This document shows positions 11,037-21,453 of a DNA stretch of 64,000 nucleotides, piece after piece. Position 1 is the stretch's first letter. Each line of letters starts with the position of its first letter. Source of the DNA: Mayamaea pseudoterrestris. Its lineage: Eukaryota. Position numbers and translations under genes: made by a program. The DNA is taken from contig BROI01000019.1 in NCBI GenBank assembly GCA_027923505.1, forward strand, positions 558,001-622,000, given 5' to 3'. The notes below the pieces were generated by a model. The model saw only the letters and a list, made by a program, of their open reading frames with translations. It searched no databases and was not told the DNA's origin.

Positions 11037-13368
11037 ATGAAGGCTCTAATTGTTACTCTTCTCCACTTGATGCTCTCTGTGCAGCATACGAGTGCGGCGG
11101 CTACGACATTCACCTACTCACTCCACAAGTACGAGTTTCATTTTGCCAGTGAATATGACTACATTGTGAACACCAACAGGCAGCAAGCAGCGGCGACATT
11201 TGCCGCCACGTTAACGTTGGTAAGCACATTGGATGCCATGCTTTGATGTCTCCAACTGCTGTTGAATCAGGAGCGCCACGCGCCACGCACCTTGTTCCTC
11301 TCGCTCTCGAGTCCCAAACAAACTGACAGACATTAATCTCTTCTCACCCTATAGTGCGGCGTGAAGGGGCACCTTGCGGATCTGACGACGAAGGAAGAGA
11401 TTCAAGCAATATCTACCTCGGGAATTGTTAACGGACAAAATGCATGGATCGGGTTGACTGACTCCGCCGAGGAAGGCAAATACGTTTGGACAACCAATCA
11501 ACCTCTGTCGACTGTTCCTGGCAATGATAACTGGAGCACTCTGGAGCCCAATCAGCAGACAGCGCTCGAAGATTGCGTCAACATTATTGCTTCAAATGGC
11601 AAGTGGAACGACGTCGTTTGCAGCACTGCCAATTACGGAGTTTTAGTGGAGTTCGACTGCGCCTACCCATCACCCACTGCCGTAAAAATTATAAGTGGTC
11701 ATCGATATGAGTATTACCCAACTGCTTTACTTCCCTCAACTTGGGAGGCAGCCGTGGTGGCATGCTCACAGGTAAGTTTAAGAGTGGCAGCGATTATGTT
11801 GATTCTTATCATTTTTTTGAAGCTCGCTTGTGCAATTTCACCAACTTGAACTGAAAAAATGTCCGCTATTTTAGATGGTGCGCTGTGGAACTTACGGGCA
11901 TCTTGTAACATTGTCAACATCTGTAGAGCAAGCTGCGGTCAAGACGGCCTTCCAGACGCAATTCTCAAGTGACACACTGGCTTCGTGGATTGGGTTGAGC
12001 GACAAGGCAACTGAAAATACTTTCTTATGGGTCAATGGCGAGACGTATACAACCCCTACTGATCCAACTGGTCCACAATTTTCATCGGGAGAGCCCAATG
12101 ATTACAATAATGGCTCACCGGGGGAGGATTGTGTTTCGCAGCGAAGGTCAGACTCTCTATTGAACGACCAACGATGTTTAACAGAACAGGGCTTTATCTG
12201 TGAGTTTGATGTAAACTGCCCTACCGAAGCTCCTAGTATGTTTCCTTCAAGGCAGCCAAGCAGGTCACCGAGTAGAACGCCAAGTAAGTCGCCATCCAAG
12301 ACGCCGTCAAAGATGCCATCCAGGACTCCATCAACAACGCCATCTGGACTCCCTAGTTTGGTCCCAAGCAAAGCTCCATCAAAACAACCATCAAAGCAAC
12401 CAAGCGTGACTCCTTCCACTGAACCAAGCAGACACCCAAGCTCTATGCCTAGTGCAGTCCCGAGTATGCTTCCTAGCAAAGTGCCAAGCTCACTTCCATC
12501 AAAGCAACCAAGCTTAACTCCTTCTGCTACTCCAAGTGTCCGCCCAAGCTCAATGCCTAGTGCTGTTCCAAGTGTACTTCCTAGTAAACAACCAAGCTCA
12601 CTGCCATCTAAGCAACCAAGCTCTCTTCCATCTAAGCTACCAAGCGCACTTCCATCTCAGCAACCAAGCGTGACTCCTTCTGCTGAACCAAGCAGACACC
12701 CAAGCTCTATGCCTAGTGCAGTCCCGAGTGTGCTTCCTAGCAAAGTGCCAAGCTCACTTCCATCTAAGCAACCAAGCTCGCTACCGTCGAAGCAACCAAG
12801 TGTGACTCCTTCTGCCAAACCAAGCAACCGCCCAAGCACCTTACCAAGTCTGCTTCCAACATCAACTCCAAGTAAAGTGCCCAGTTCACGTCCATCCAAG
12901 CAACCATCCAAGCTTCCCAGTAAATCTCCATCCACAAAGCCAAGCACTCGTCCCAGTGCTGTGCCAAGCAGAATCCCAAGTGTTGTTCCAAGTAGGCTGC
13001 CTACTAAGCTACCAAGCGTATCCCCATCCGGCAAACCCAGTCGCCACCCAAGTGCCAGGCCAAGTCGTCTCCCATCGACAAGGCCTAGCGGTTTGCCGTC
13101 TCGAAAGCCATCATCGAAACCCAGTCGTGCACCCACCGTATACAAATACAACATTAAGAAGTGCGTTCGCTTTGTTTTTAAAAAATGGTGCACGTGCGAA
13201 CAGGATGGGACGGAATGCCTCACTGATAAGCGAGTCCGCACCTGCATTAATAAATATGAGAAGAAAAATCGGCTGAATACGAGAGATGAGACTGAATCAT
13301 TCAAGGAAAAGCTCAACATTGCATATGATCGGGAATGCCTTCGCCGTCAGAAACTGGGAATTGTGTAG
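11037..13368 (+). CDS. Secreted protein: two C-type lectin domains, Pro/Ser mucin-like stalk, Cys-rich basic C-terminal domain; join(11037..11219,11355..11771,11875..13368)
   Basis: Signal peptide MKALIVTLLHLMLSVQHTSA; two phase-0 GT-AG introns; CTLD motifs GHLA/GHLV, WIGL, EPN, EDCV, WND/LND; dozens of xxPS tetrapeptide repeats. Confidence 0.88.
12226..13135 (+). repeat. Coding 12-nt tandem repeat (xxPS), with an internal ~264-nt duplication
   Basis: PSKQPSSLPSKQPSVTPS-type array; block CAACCAAGCGTGACTCCTTC...GAACCAAGCAGACACCCAAGCTCTATGCCTAGTGCAGTCCCGAGT recurs at ~12397 and ~12661. Confidence 0.85.
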
Positions 13369-14098
13369 TGGACATGTTGTCATCTAGCGATCAGTAGATA
13401 TCTGTTCTTAGATTTTGACTTGAGAGAGTACCGGTAGGTATTACTGTATTGTACAAGTAGTAGGCTCCGAGACAAAGCCGATGTTTTGTCGGACTGGCAT
13501 ACGACGCCAGTTTTCATTGGTGCGTTTTGGGATGAAATGCTCTCGTCGCGATGAGTGGGTCGTCGCGTCGTCGCGCTGCCATCATCAAATACTTTGACGT
13601 TACTCCCCTTGAGCAAGCCATTTTCACATGTCAATTCGTCGCAATCTACTGTATAGCTTTCTCGTATTTGTTCTGGTTTGCTTTCTGCTGCAACTTACGC
13701 GGTTACATGCCGTGACAATCCACCCTTCATCCAGCCATCATCAAGGTGGAACGAACGACGCGCCACTGTATTCCATAATGGGCTACCACTTTGTTGACGT
13801 AATGAACGATCCTTGTATACAAAGAAAGTCATTGGCTATCAGCAGTAATTATGAGCATCCTGCATACTCGGCTGATCAGACCCTGTCACTCGCACTTTGT
13901 CGAGCGTGGTACCTGAGCACCAGCGTTCTTTGGAGCGCATGCGAAGCTATTCACTCCATTGCATGCGATGCACGTAGTTATAATCTGCTGTGGGGGCGAA
14001 GAAATGATCTAAATGAGTGAATGTGTTACACGTGTAAAAGGCAGAGAGCTGCTGAGATGTGTGGATACAAAAATAAAAGAACTTTATATCATCATAAA

Positions 14099-16783
14099 TT
14101 ACTTGGATGAATGCAACTGCATATTCCACATTTCAGCGTAAATTCCTTTGCACTTGAGAAGTTCGTCGTGTGTTCCCTGCTCTGCGACTACGCCATCCTT
14201 GACGACGACGATATTGTCAGCGTTGCGAATGGTACCAAGCCGATGCGCAATTACCAAAACCGTCCTATCTTGCCCGAGACGATCTAAAGCATCTTGAACG
14301 CTTCGCTCAGTTATATTGTCAAGCGAGCTCGTAGCCTCGTCTAGCAAAACAAAAGGAGGATTCTTGAGCAAACATCTGGCGATAGCCGCTCTTTGAGCTT
14401 CACCGCCGGAAAGCTTTAAGCCGCGATCGCCTACCATGGAATCCCATCCATCGTCCAAACTCTCAATAAACTTGAGAATCTGCGCATCGTCTGCAGCTTG
14501 CTCCAGCTCCTGTTGCGTTGCATTTCGTCTTCCATAGGCAAGATTGAAGCGGATCGTGTCATTGAAGAGAGCCGCAGCCTGAGGAACGACTCCAATCGCG
14601 TCGCGCAAGGACTTTTGCGTGACGCAACGAACATCAACCCCGTTCACCTTGACAGCGCCACCTATGACATCGTAGAAGCGAAACAGCAAGCGTGAAATTG
14701 TGGTTTTTCCCGCGCCGGTGCTTCCGACAACAGCTGTTGTTGTGCCTCGCTTCATGACAAACGACAATCCCTTCAGTCCTTGGTTCGATGGTTGTGACGG
14801 ATAGTGGAACCTGACATTGTCGAATTCCACCGCAATATCTGGATTAGCGGTATTGCTCAGTGGAAGCTCCATTGCATCAGGTGCGTCAATGACGTCTGGG
14901 TTCTCAGCGAGCAGCTCCGACATGTTTCCAAGATCAACAAAAGCCATGACAACCGCGTTGTAGACGGATCCCAAAAAGTTGAGAGGCGCAAACAGATTTA
15001 GCGTATACGTCAACACCGCCACAAAGTCTCCGACCCTCATGCCTGGGCATTCCGCCGTGCTCACATTGGCGCAGCAGTCGGAAATCATGGCGTCGCACCC
15101 CATGGTTTCGGTGCAGCACAAGCTCCGCTTGCGAATACCAAGGACGGAGAGTGCGAGCGCCGTGGCAAGGCAACACTTTAGCAACGCTTGCTGTGAAATG
15201 TTCAAAAATGAAAGGCTTGCTTGGACATTAGTACTGCCCGCTTGGTAATGCTTGACGGCGTCGCTGAATCGGTCTCGTTCAAATCGCTCAGCGGTGAAAT
15301 ATTTGACTGTCTCGTAGTTCACGATTGAGTCAGTAAAAATATCATGGTAGCGATTATCCGACTGCACCAAGGCCTTGCGGAACCGTTTGCGCCACAGAGT
15401 GACCAAAATTGTCCAAACAATGTAGACAAAAACGAAATAAAAGACGGCAATCGCGAGCGGCATGTACTGAAAGTATGTGGCGAAAATGATGCAAACCACC
15501 ACGCACTCGACCGCCGCCGGAACAAGCCATAGAAACAAGTACTTCATCAGCGTGTCGCAGGCGGCAATGCCTCGGTCCATGCTGCGAAGCGTTTCACCAA
15601 GCTTTTTCCGAATGTGAAAGTCCAGCGACAGCGAGTGTAAATGCTCAAACGAAGCCTCCGAGAGTTGCACAAAGGCTGCCTGTGCCACTTTCAGATACAC
15701 CAACGACTGTCCTTCCTTCATGGCAGCGCCTAGGAACGAAACCACGCAGTGCGCGACTGCGTAAATGACTGTCTTGCGGTAGTCGGCGTGCGCCAAACTC
15801 GTCGACGCCCACCCCAGATACAAGGGACTATATAATCCACAAACCTTGCTGCCAACGACCATGACCCAGGTGGCAATGGCTCGCATTCTGTTGCGAATGG
15901 CCGAATCGTCCGTGGCGTCGGGCCAAAAGTAGGGTTTCAGCATGACAAAGAGCGCTCGGCGCGAAACGTATTGCTTTTGGCAGGCGCACTGGCGCTGCAC
16001 GTGCGGCAAGTGCACCGTCACCCAGCCGTCGAGTATGCTCAACAAGACGGTCAGTGTCGCAAGACCGATCCAAACAAACGTACTAATGCTGCTGCTGACG
16101 TTGCTGCTGTTGTTTTGCACTTGCGTTTGCCATGTACGAACGTACATGAACCATGATATGAGATAGACTGTATTTTGCAGAAACCGCTGGATGGCTCCGC
16201 TGCGCTGCTTGCTCGCATCTCGTGCCAGCAGCGCCACTTCCAGCGCCAAGTTGATGCTTGTGACGGCCAACAGCATGACTGGATAGGCGGAGGTAGTAGC
16301 GAGCCACGGCGTAAGACTGGCAGACGCGAACATGAGCGACAATACGCTCCACGCGCCGTAAAAGAAGTAAAGTCGCATCGATCGATGTCGCAACGTTTCG
16401 TCTCCAAATTCATCAGAGGATAACGACGTTCCAAGTAGCGGAAGTGCCTCGTCAATGTTGCTGCTGCCATTCTTGACGCCAGTGGCACTGCCTTCACTCG
16501 TTCGAATTGGATTCGACATGGTGCTTCCATATAAAGGATTGCTAGTGCTGGAAGCAGTATTCGACGCTAGAACCTTGAGTGCATCCATCTTGTTCTTGCT
16601 GGAGGAACCATTCGATGTCGTTGCTGTTGCTGCGACTCTTGGTGTCGTTTCCGTGGACGGCGCGTTTGACGCGGCTTGAACGAGATCAATCGACAGTCGA
16701 ACGAGCTGGAGCGTCAGCGCGACGCAGGATCCAATCACCACCATGGTCGAAGTGCTTTCGTAGGTTGCGGAATATGACGACAT
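14099..16783 (-). CDS. ABCB half-transporter, ATM1/HMT1/ABCB6-like, with extra N-terminal TM domain
   Basis: FEHLHSLSLDFH, DSIVNYETVKYF, PLNFLGSVY; Walker A GSTGAGKT, signature LSGGEAQR, Walker B VLLDEATSSLD, IAHRL. Confidence 0.92.
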   Translation of the reverse strand: MSSYSATYESTSTMVVIGSCVALTLQLVRLSIDLVQAASNAPSTETTPRVAATATTSNGSSSKNKMDALKVLASNTASSTSNPLYGSTMSNPIRTSEGSATGVKNGSSNIDEALPLLGTSLSSDEFGDETLRHRSMRLYFFYGAWSVLSLMFASASLTPWLATTSAYPVMLLAVTSINLALEVALLARDASKQRSGAIQRFLQNTVYLISWFMYVRTWQTQVQNNSSNVSSSISTFVWIGLATLTVLLSILDGWVTVHLPHVQRQCACQKQYVSRRALFVMLKPYFWPDATDDSAIRNRMRAIATWVMVVGSKVCGLYSPLYLGWASTSLAHADYRKTVIYAVAHCVVSFLGAAMKEGQSLVYLKVAQAAFVQLSEASFEHLHSLSLDFHIRKKLGETLRSMDRGIAACDTLMKYLFLWLVPAAVECVVVCIIFATYFQYMPLAIAVFYFVFVYIVWTILVTLWRKRFRKALVQSDNRYHDIFTDSIVNYETVKYFTAERFERDRFSDAVKHYQAGSTNVQASLSFLNISQQALLKCCLATALALSVLGIRKRSLCCTETMGCDAMISDCCANVSTAECPGMRVGDFVAVLTYTLNLFAPLNFLGSVYNAVVMAFVDLGNMSELLAENPDVIDAPDAMELPLSNTANPDIAVEFDNVRFHYPSQPSNQGLKGLSFVMKRGTTTAVVGSTGAGKTTISRLLFRFYDVIGGAVKVNGVDVRCVTQKSLRDAIGVVPQAAALFNDTIRFNLAYGRRNATQQELEQAADDAQILKFIESLDDGWDSMVGDRGLKLSGGEAQRAAIARCLLKNPPFVLLDEATSSLDNITERSVQDALDRLGQDRTVLVIAHRLGTIRNADNIVVVKDGVVAEQGTHDELLKCKGIYAEMWNMQLHSSK

Positions 16784-17225
16784 GATGCAAAAAATGACTG
16801 ATTCAAATGGACAGTCTGGTTGGTAGTGAACTTAAGTAAAGAACACCCGCAACGCAATGATCGAAACGCCAGCAAGCAATGACCGAGGCTTGTTCGAAGC
16901 TGCAACGTTACTAGTCAATGATAAAGTCTGAATCTCTGGCTTGATCTGACTTCTTCCTCAAACTATAACGAGACTGCTTGCGCAAGCCAAAGAGTCGCAA
17001 GGGTGTGGACGGCCGCTTGCCGAACAATGATGACCTCGTGGTTGCAGTGCCATTCGCTGGTTCCTTTTCGAAAACGTCGTAGCGGGACTTCAGTAACACT
17101 ACGACAAAATGGATGGCGCGGCAACCGCGCGACGAGTGTTGACCAACTTGCATCACTTTGAGCACGACCATGGGAAGGAAGTAGTGTGTACAGACACTTT
17201 TCGCAACAGAAGGTACACTAGAGAC

Positions 17226-18401
17226 ATGTCAGTAATTGCCTTGCTTGGCCTACTGACGTTGGTCGCCGTCTACGGAGTCGAAACGGTTCACTACACCCGC
17301 CGCAACACGGAACATGCTCACGACTTGTACATTTTGACGAGCGTACTATCGGAGGCCAATGTGGCATTGATGCAGTGCTTCGTCAAAGAGAATTCAAACG
17401 TCAGACTCACGTGGAACGAAACGAGACATCTCTGCTGCAAGGCCATTGCGACGAGCTCGGTGCACGTGTTGGAGCGACGAAACGTTTTAAGCAATTGTCA
17501 AGCGCAAGCCGCTCCTGTTCCTACAGTTGCGAAAACGAGTCCATCGCAAACGCAACCGCGACTGTTGCTTTTGGAAAGTCATTCCGTGAACAAGATTCCC
17601 GACGTGACAAACTCCGTTTGGTCGTACTTTGTCTGGGACGATGTCATATTGCTCGGTTTTTGGTTGACCTCGCACGAAGCGGGGCAAAGGACGGCCTTTC
17701 TGCAGCCACTCATGTCGGATGACTCTCGTTCGTTCTTTCAAGCAAGTATAAACTCCAGTCTTGCATTGAGTGGTGGTATGCATCGGTCGATGCAGCATTC
17801 AATCAATGTCATTTTGCCAGAATTGGCAACTGACTTGAAAGCAACATTAAATTTGCAGGTTTCAATTTGGATACAACTGTTTTTGCCTCCGGACGTTTTT
17901 GTGTTACCAAACGATGCTTTCGAAGACAATGCTCAATGGAATTTGACTATGCATACAGCTTCTGGTCGCGTCATGAGCGAGGAGGAAGCAGCGTATGCGA
18001 GTCCATCGCATGTTGTCCTCGTTCATGTGCAAGGCCATGTCAACGCAAACAATGTTTCGCAGATCAACTTTGCCACCAAGATGCACTTTCGGTATCCGCA
18101 GCCGTCGAAAGATCCGTTGAAGAATTTTCAAATTGTTTCCATCATGGCTCCCGAAGTCGTTGCCGGCCAAATTATTGCTGTAGAAGCAAGCAACAACATG
18201 ACTACTACTTTGTACTTGCAGCCACCCGGACATGTCAAACCAACATCCACACTCGACAGCCCCGTCATACTGTATGTGCAGGTTGCAACACCGTTGGCGT
18301 CTGACGTTACGTTCGTCTTGGCTAGTACGATTGTGGTGTCGCTAATTGGTGCTGCTGTGATTTGGAACGAAATGAGACGGGCGGCGTCAAGATTACGATA
18401 A
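17226..18401 (+). CDS. PIG-X/PBN1-like GPI mannosyltransferase I accessory subunit
   Basis: Signal peptide from ATG 17226 (an upstream ATG at 17109 is possible); LPPDVFV..D, EEAAYAS, MHFRYPQP resemble PIG-X motifs; single C-terminal TM with a basic tail. Confidence 0.65.
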   Translation: MSVIALLGLLTLVAVYGVETVHYTRRNTEHAHDLYILTSVLSEANVALMQCFVKENSNVRLTWNETRHLCCKAIATSSVHVLERRNVLSNCQAQAAPVPTVAKTSPSQTQPRLLLLESHSVNKIPDVTNSVWSYFVWDDVILLGFWLTSHEAGQRTAFLQPLMSDDSRSFFQASINSSLALSGGMHRSMQHSINVILPELATDLKATLNLQVSIWIQLFLPPDVFVLPNDAFEDNAQWNLTMHTASGRVMSEEEAAYASPSHVVLVHVQGHVNANNVSQINFATKMHFRYPQPSKDPLKNFQIVSIMAPEVVAGQIIAVEASNNMTTTLYLQPPGHVKPTSTLDSPVILYVQVATPLASDVTFVLASTIVVSLIGAAVIWNEMRRAASRLR

Positions 18402-18735
18402 GTCTGGCTAATCGAACGATAAATACCGGTATGATTGCAATTGTGAAGCTAGTATTACTATACAAGTCATTTGTATTATGTAAATAGGCGAAACAGTATT
18501 ATTTGGTTGCATTACTGTATCTGCGATTGGTGAGCTCGTTCAAAATTCTCGCAACACTCCTCGCATCACACAAAGCGTTACAAGCTGGATTCGCGCGCGT
18601 GATACCTCACGTGGAGCTTACCAAAGTCGCACCGGTTGAATCGGATTCGCTTATCATCGTACCGGTACTCCGTGTTAATTCACACGATAATTCGACGGAG
18701 AGCTGCTCTAGAGTCAACTATGAACCAGTTTGACG

Positions 18736-18814
18736 CGTTAAGGCCACTATTATTGGACCGTAACATGCGTTAATATGCCACGGATGAGATTGATAAACAA
18801 TAGTTGCCTTAACG
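18736..18814. repeat. 79-bp element with 19-bp imperfect terminal inverted repeats (copy 1)
   Basis: CGTTAAGGCCACTATTATT ... AACAATAGTTGCCTTAACG. Confidence 0.75.
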
Positions 18815-19076
18815 ACATAGGGATCATGAGTAATTACCCTCGCAGTGGTGCGTTGCCTCGAGCCTCGAGCCTGATCGGCAAAATTTGGTTCAATCAAACC
18901 AAAGACCTCTTTCAGCACCGGCGCAAAGTCGTCCATACACAAACGTGATCATAGAGATGTCATATTTAGCAATTCGTCAACCAAAGGATCGGCTAGTGCG
19001 TCAATATAAAAGTTTTGGGCAAGTGCTCGTTCCATGCCGCCGCCACAAAACTGGAAAGACGAAGACAAGTATGAGG

Positions 19077-19155
19077 CGTTAAGGCCACTGTTATTGGATG
19101 AAAACGAGCATACACATGCAATGGATGCAATTGATGAATAATAGTGGCCTTAACG
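19077..19155. repeat. 79-bp element with 19-bp imperfect terminal inverted repeats (copy 2)
   Basis: CGTTAAGGCCACTGTTATT ... AATAATAGTGGCCTTAACG; same length as copy 1 with a related loop. Confidence 0.75.
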
Positions 19156-19922
19156 GCGTTGGATGGTGAGTTTCATTTGCCCTAGAAGAGCTCATCAAAA
19201 TGTCGCTCTGGTTGCTGCCTCCATTTACGACCTTTAAAGGGTACAATTTCTGCAAGTTGCGTCCACTCTGTGTTAATTTTATGATGAGCAATGAGTCGAT
19301 AGCTGGATGCCGTGCTTAAATCATTTTCTGAGGCATTGTATTCCATTTGACTCCGGCAAGGGAGCGCGCAAATGAATACTTCACATTGCAGCGGGTCCCA
19401 AATACTCAAACAAGCTCCGATTGACTTAATTTTAGCGTCATATACACTGGATGATTGTATTTTATAAGCTTGTGTAATCTATATTGCTACGTTACCTATA
19501 TAAAACATGACCGGTGGGATCATGACCAGCTTGTCATGGTGATGGTCAGTTTTCGACTGTCTGCCCTTGGTGCGTCATGATCGAGTTATGTGGTGGAGAA
19601 TCAGTGCCGGAACGACGTTGGTAAGGCCTACGTGAGGTATCGCGCGCGCGAATCCAGCTTGTACCACTCAGTGCTCTTGTGTACGCCATGTGTGCATAGC
19701 AGCTGTAAAAGTTTTCCCTGATATGGCTGCGCGTTAATCGAAATGGCACCTTTGCGTCAACATTTTTCATGCGTCATCTCTCTTCGTTACATGAAACTTT
19801 ATCCAAGCTTACTTCGTTACAACCAAACAAGCTACGCGCTTACAGTTATTTCGTAATAACCTTGACTGCGGTCGAATAATCGGTGAATTGTAGCATGAAT
19901 CGATGGAAGTAAGCACTTGCTT

Positions 19923-21089
19923 TCACGCCGTTCCATCACCGCTGGCAATGAGCAAACTTGGCGGAGAGCCTTCCACCATTCTCCTTCGACCACGCCGCGG
20001 CGTATTCGTTCGCATTGGCCCACGTGCAACGCTCGGATTGAAGGAATTGCTGCGGGCGACGAGCATCTTGTCGCGTTGCATATTGCGCTCGTTGTTCATT
20101 CGGCTCGACATTGATCGCGTCGGCACGGTTCGCTCGTGATGACTGTGCGCCATACGACCAGCACTGAAACTTTTGCTATTCGCAATGAGGGGATCAAATA
20201 AAACGTCCCGATCGTAGGAGCGAGACCGTCGACGCGTTGTTGCATTGGATGAATCAGTGGGTCGACGCATTGCCGGCGGCCGGTTCGATGCGTTTGCAGC
20301 GGTTGGAAATCGCAACGATAGTATTTTCTTAATGGATCGAAACAAGCTTCGTCGATACGACTTCTTCACCTTCCAGTTTTTGCGCTTGGGTCGCGTGTAC
20401 ATTTCAATAAAGCATAGAACAATGGCAAGGAGAGCGCCCATCGACATGAACGCCACCAATCGCATGGTCTCGTCGCCACGGAGCAGTTGATTGTCGATTT
20501 CGTCATGTACACGAATCTTTTCGGCAGTGGACGCATGCAGCGTCACTTTGACGCCCCTGACCACTGGCAAGCCGGGAGCTGCATGCAATCGCTCCACGAG
20601 GCGCGTATATTCCTCCTTGGTGACGAGCGCTCGCTTGACCAAAACGAACAACCGAGCAGGCGAGTACTGCGTCAGCATATCCGCTGAAAGTGTCACAGAG
20701 CCTGTGAAATTGGCTTCTATAATTACGGTTTCGTCGTCAGCGTGTAGTATTGTAAGCTTGTCGGAATGCAGGTTTATCTGTAGGTCGAGGTCCTCTTGAA
20801 TCACGCCAAGTAAATGCTTTGAAACGACGGCTTCAAGCTCCTGCTGAACCTGTTTCCAATGCAAGTCCTTATCAAGATTTTCGTGAGCATTCGACACTTT
20901 GATGCGCAACGAAAAGGACGGCAGATCATGTTGATGGTGCGCCTCAGGAAGACCCAGTAGAGCGGCTGCATTTCGTAAACGCAGTCGCCGATTCAACGAC
21001 GTCGCCTCCAAATTTTGGAATGTTTGTAGTATATGGAGACACGACCATGATGCTAATAAAAGCGTCAGCGCTACCAAAGTTCGGGCCAT
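19923..21089 (-). CDS. Hypothetical type I membrane protein (signal peptide, ectodomain, TM, basic tail)
   Basis: Long ORF, ATG 21089 MARTLVALTLLLASWSC; RRLRL motif; TM LVAFMSMGALLAIVLCFI. Confidence 0.75.
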   Translation of the reverse strand: MARTLVALTLLLASWSCLHILQTFQNLEATSLNRRLRLRNAAALLGLPEAHHQHDLPSFSLRIKVSNAHENLDKDLHWKQVQQELEAVVSKHLLGVIQEDLDLQINLHSDKLTILHADDETVIIEANFTGSVTLSADMLTQYSPARLFVLVKRALVTKEEYTRLVERLHAAPGLPVVRGVKVTLHASTAEKIRVHDEIDNQLLRGDETMRLVAFMSMGALLAIVLCFIEMYTRPKRKNWKVKKSYRRSLFRSIKKILSLRFPTAANASNRPPAMRRPTDSSNATTRRRSRSYDRDVLFDPLIANSKSFSAGRMAHSHHERTVPTRSMSSRMNNERNMQRDKMLVARSNSFNPSVARGPMRTNTPRRGRRRMVEGSPPSLLIASGDGTA

Positions 21090-21453
21090 GGTGATTTCCA
21101 AGAGTCAGCTACCATTCGTAGGTGTCCGCCGGACCGAGTTGATGGTCGCAGTTGCCAATCCTCCGAGTCCTCATCAATCTCAAGATGCTTTTTCAAAAGT
21201 GAAGCAGGAAGTATAAAAACTGCTGCATGTCTAATCACTCGTCTCCCATCATGGTCATGAGATGGCTTCCACAAGTACAAGTACAAGTACCGTGGTATCA
21301 CGCGTCGCATGCATCTGCGTTGGCAGTCGCATCGGTTTACGTTGAAATCGCACCGGTTATGAGGCGTGCAGCAAAAAAATGACCGTTGCGTTGCAAAATA
21401 ATTATAATGCAACAAGTTTGCTGCGCCTGTTTACATTGTAATCTACATGCATT

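Noticed and set aside
13628..14020. 130-aa ORF with hydrophobic N-terminus between the lectin and ABC genes
   Set aside because: No recognisable domain or other support; lies in probable 3' UTR/intergenic sequence.
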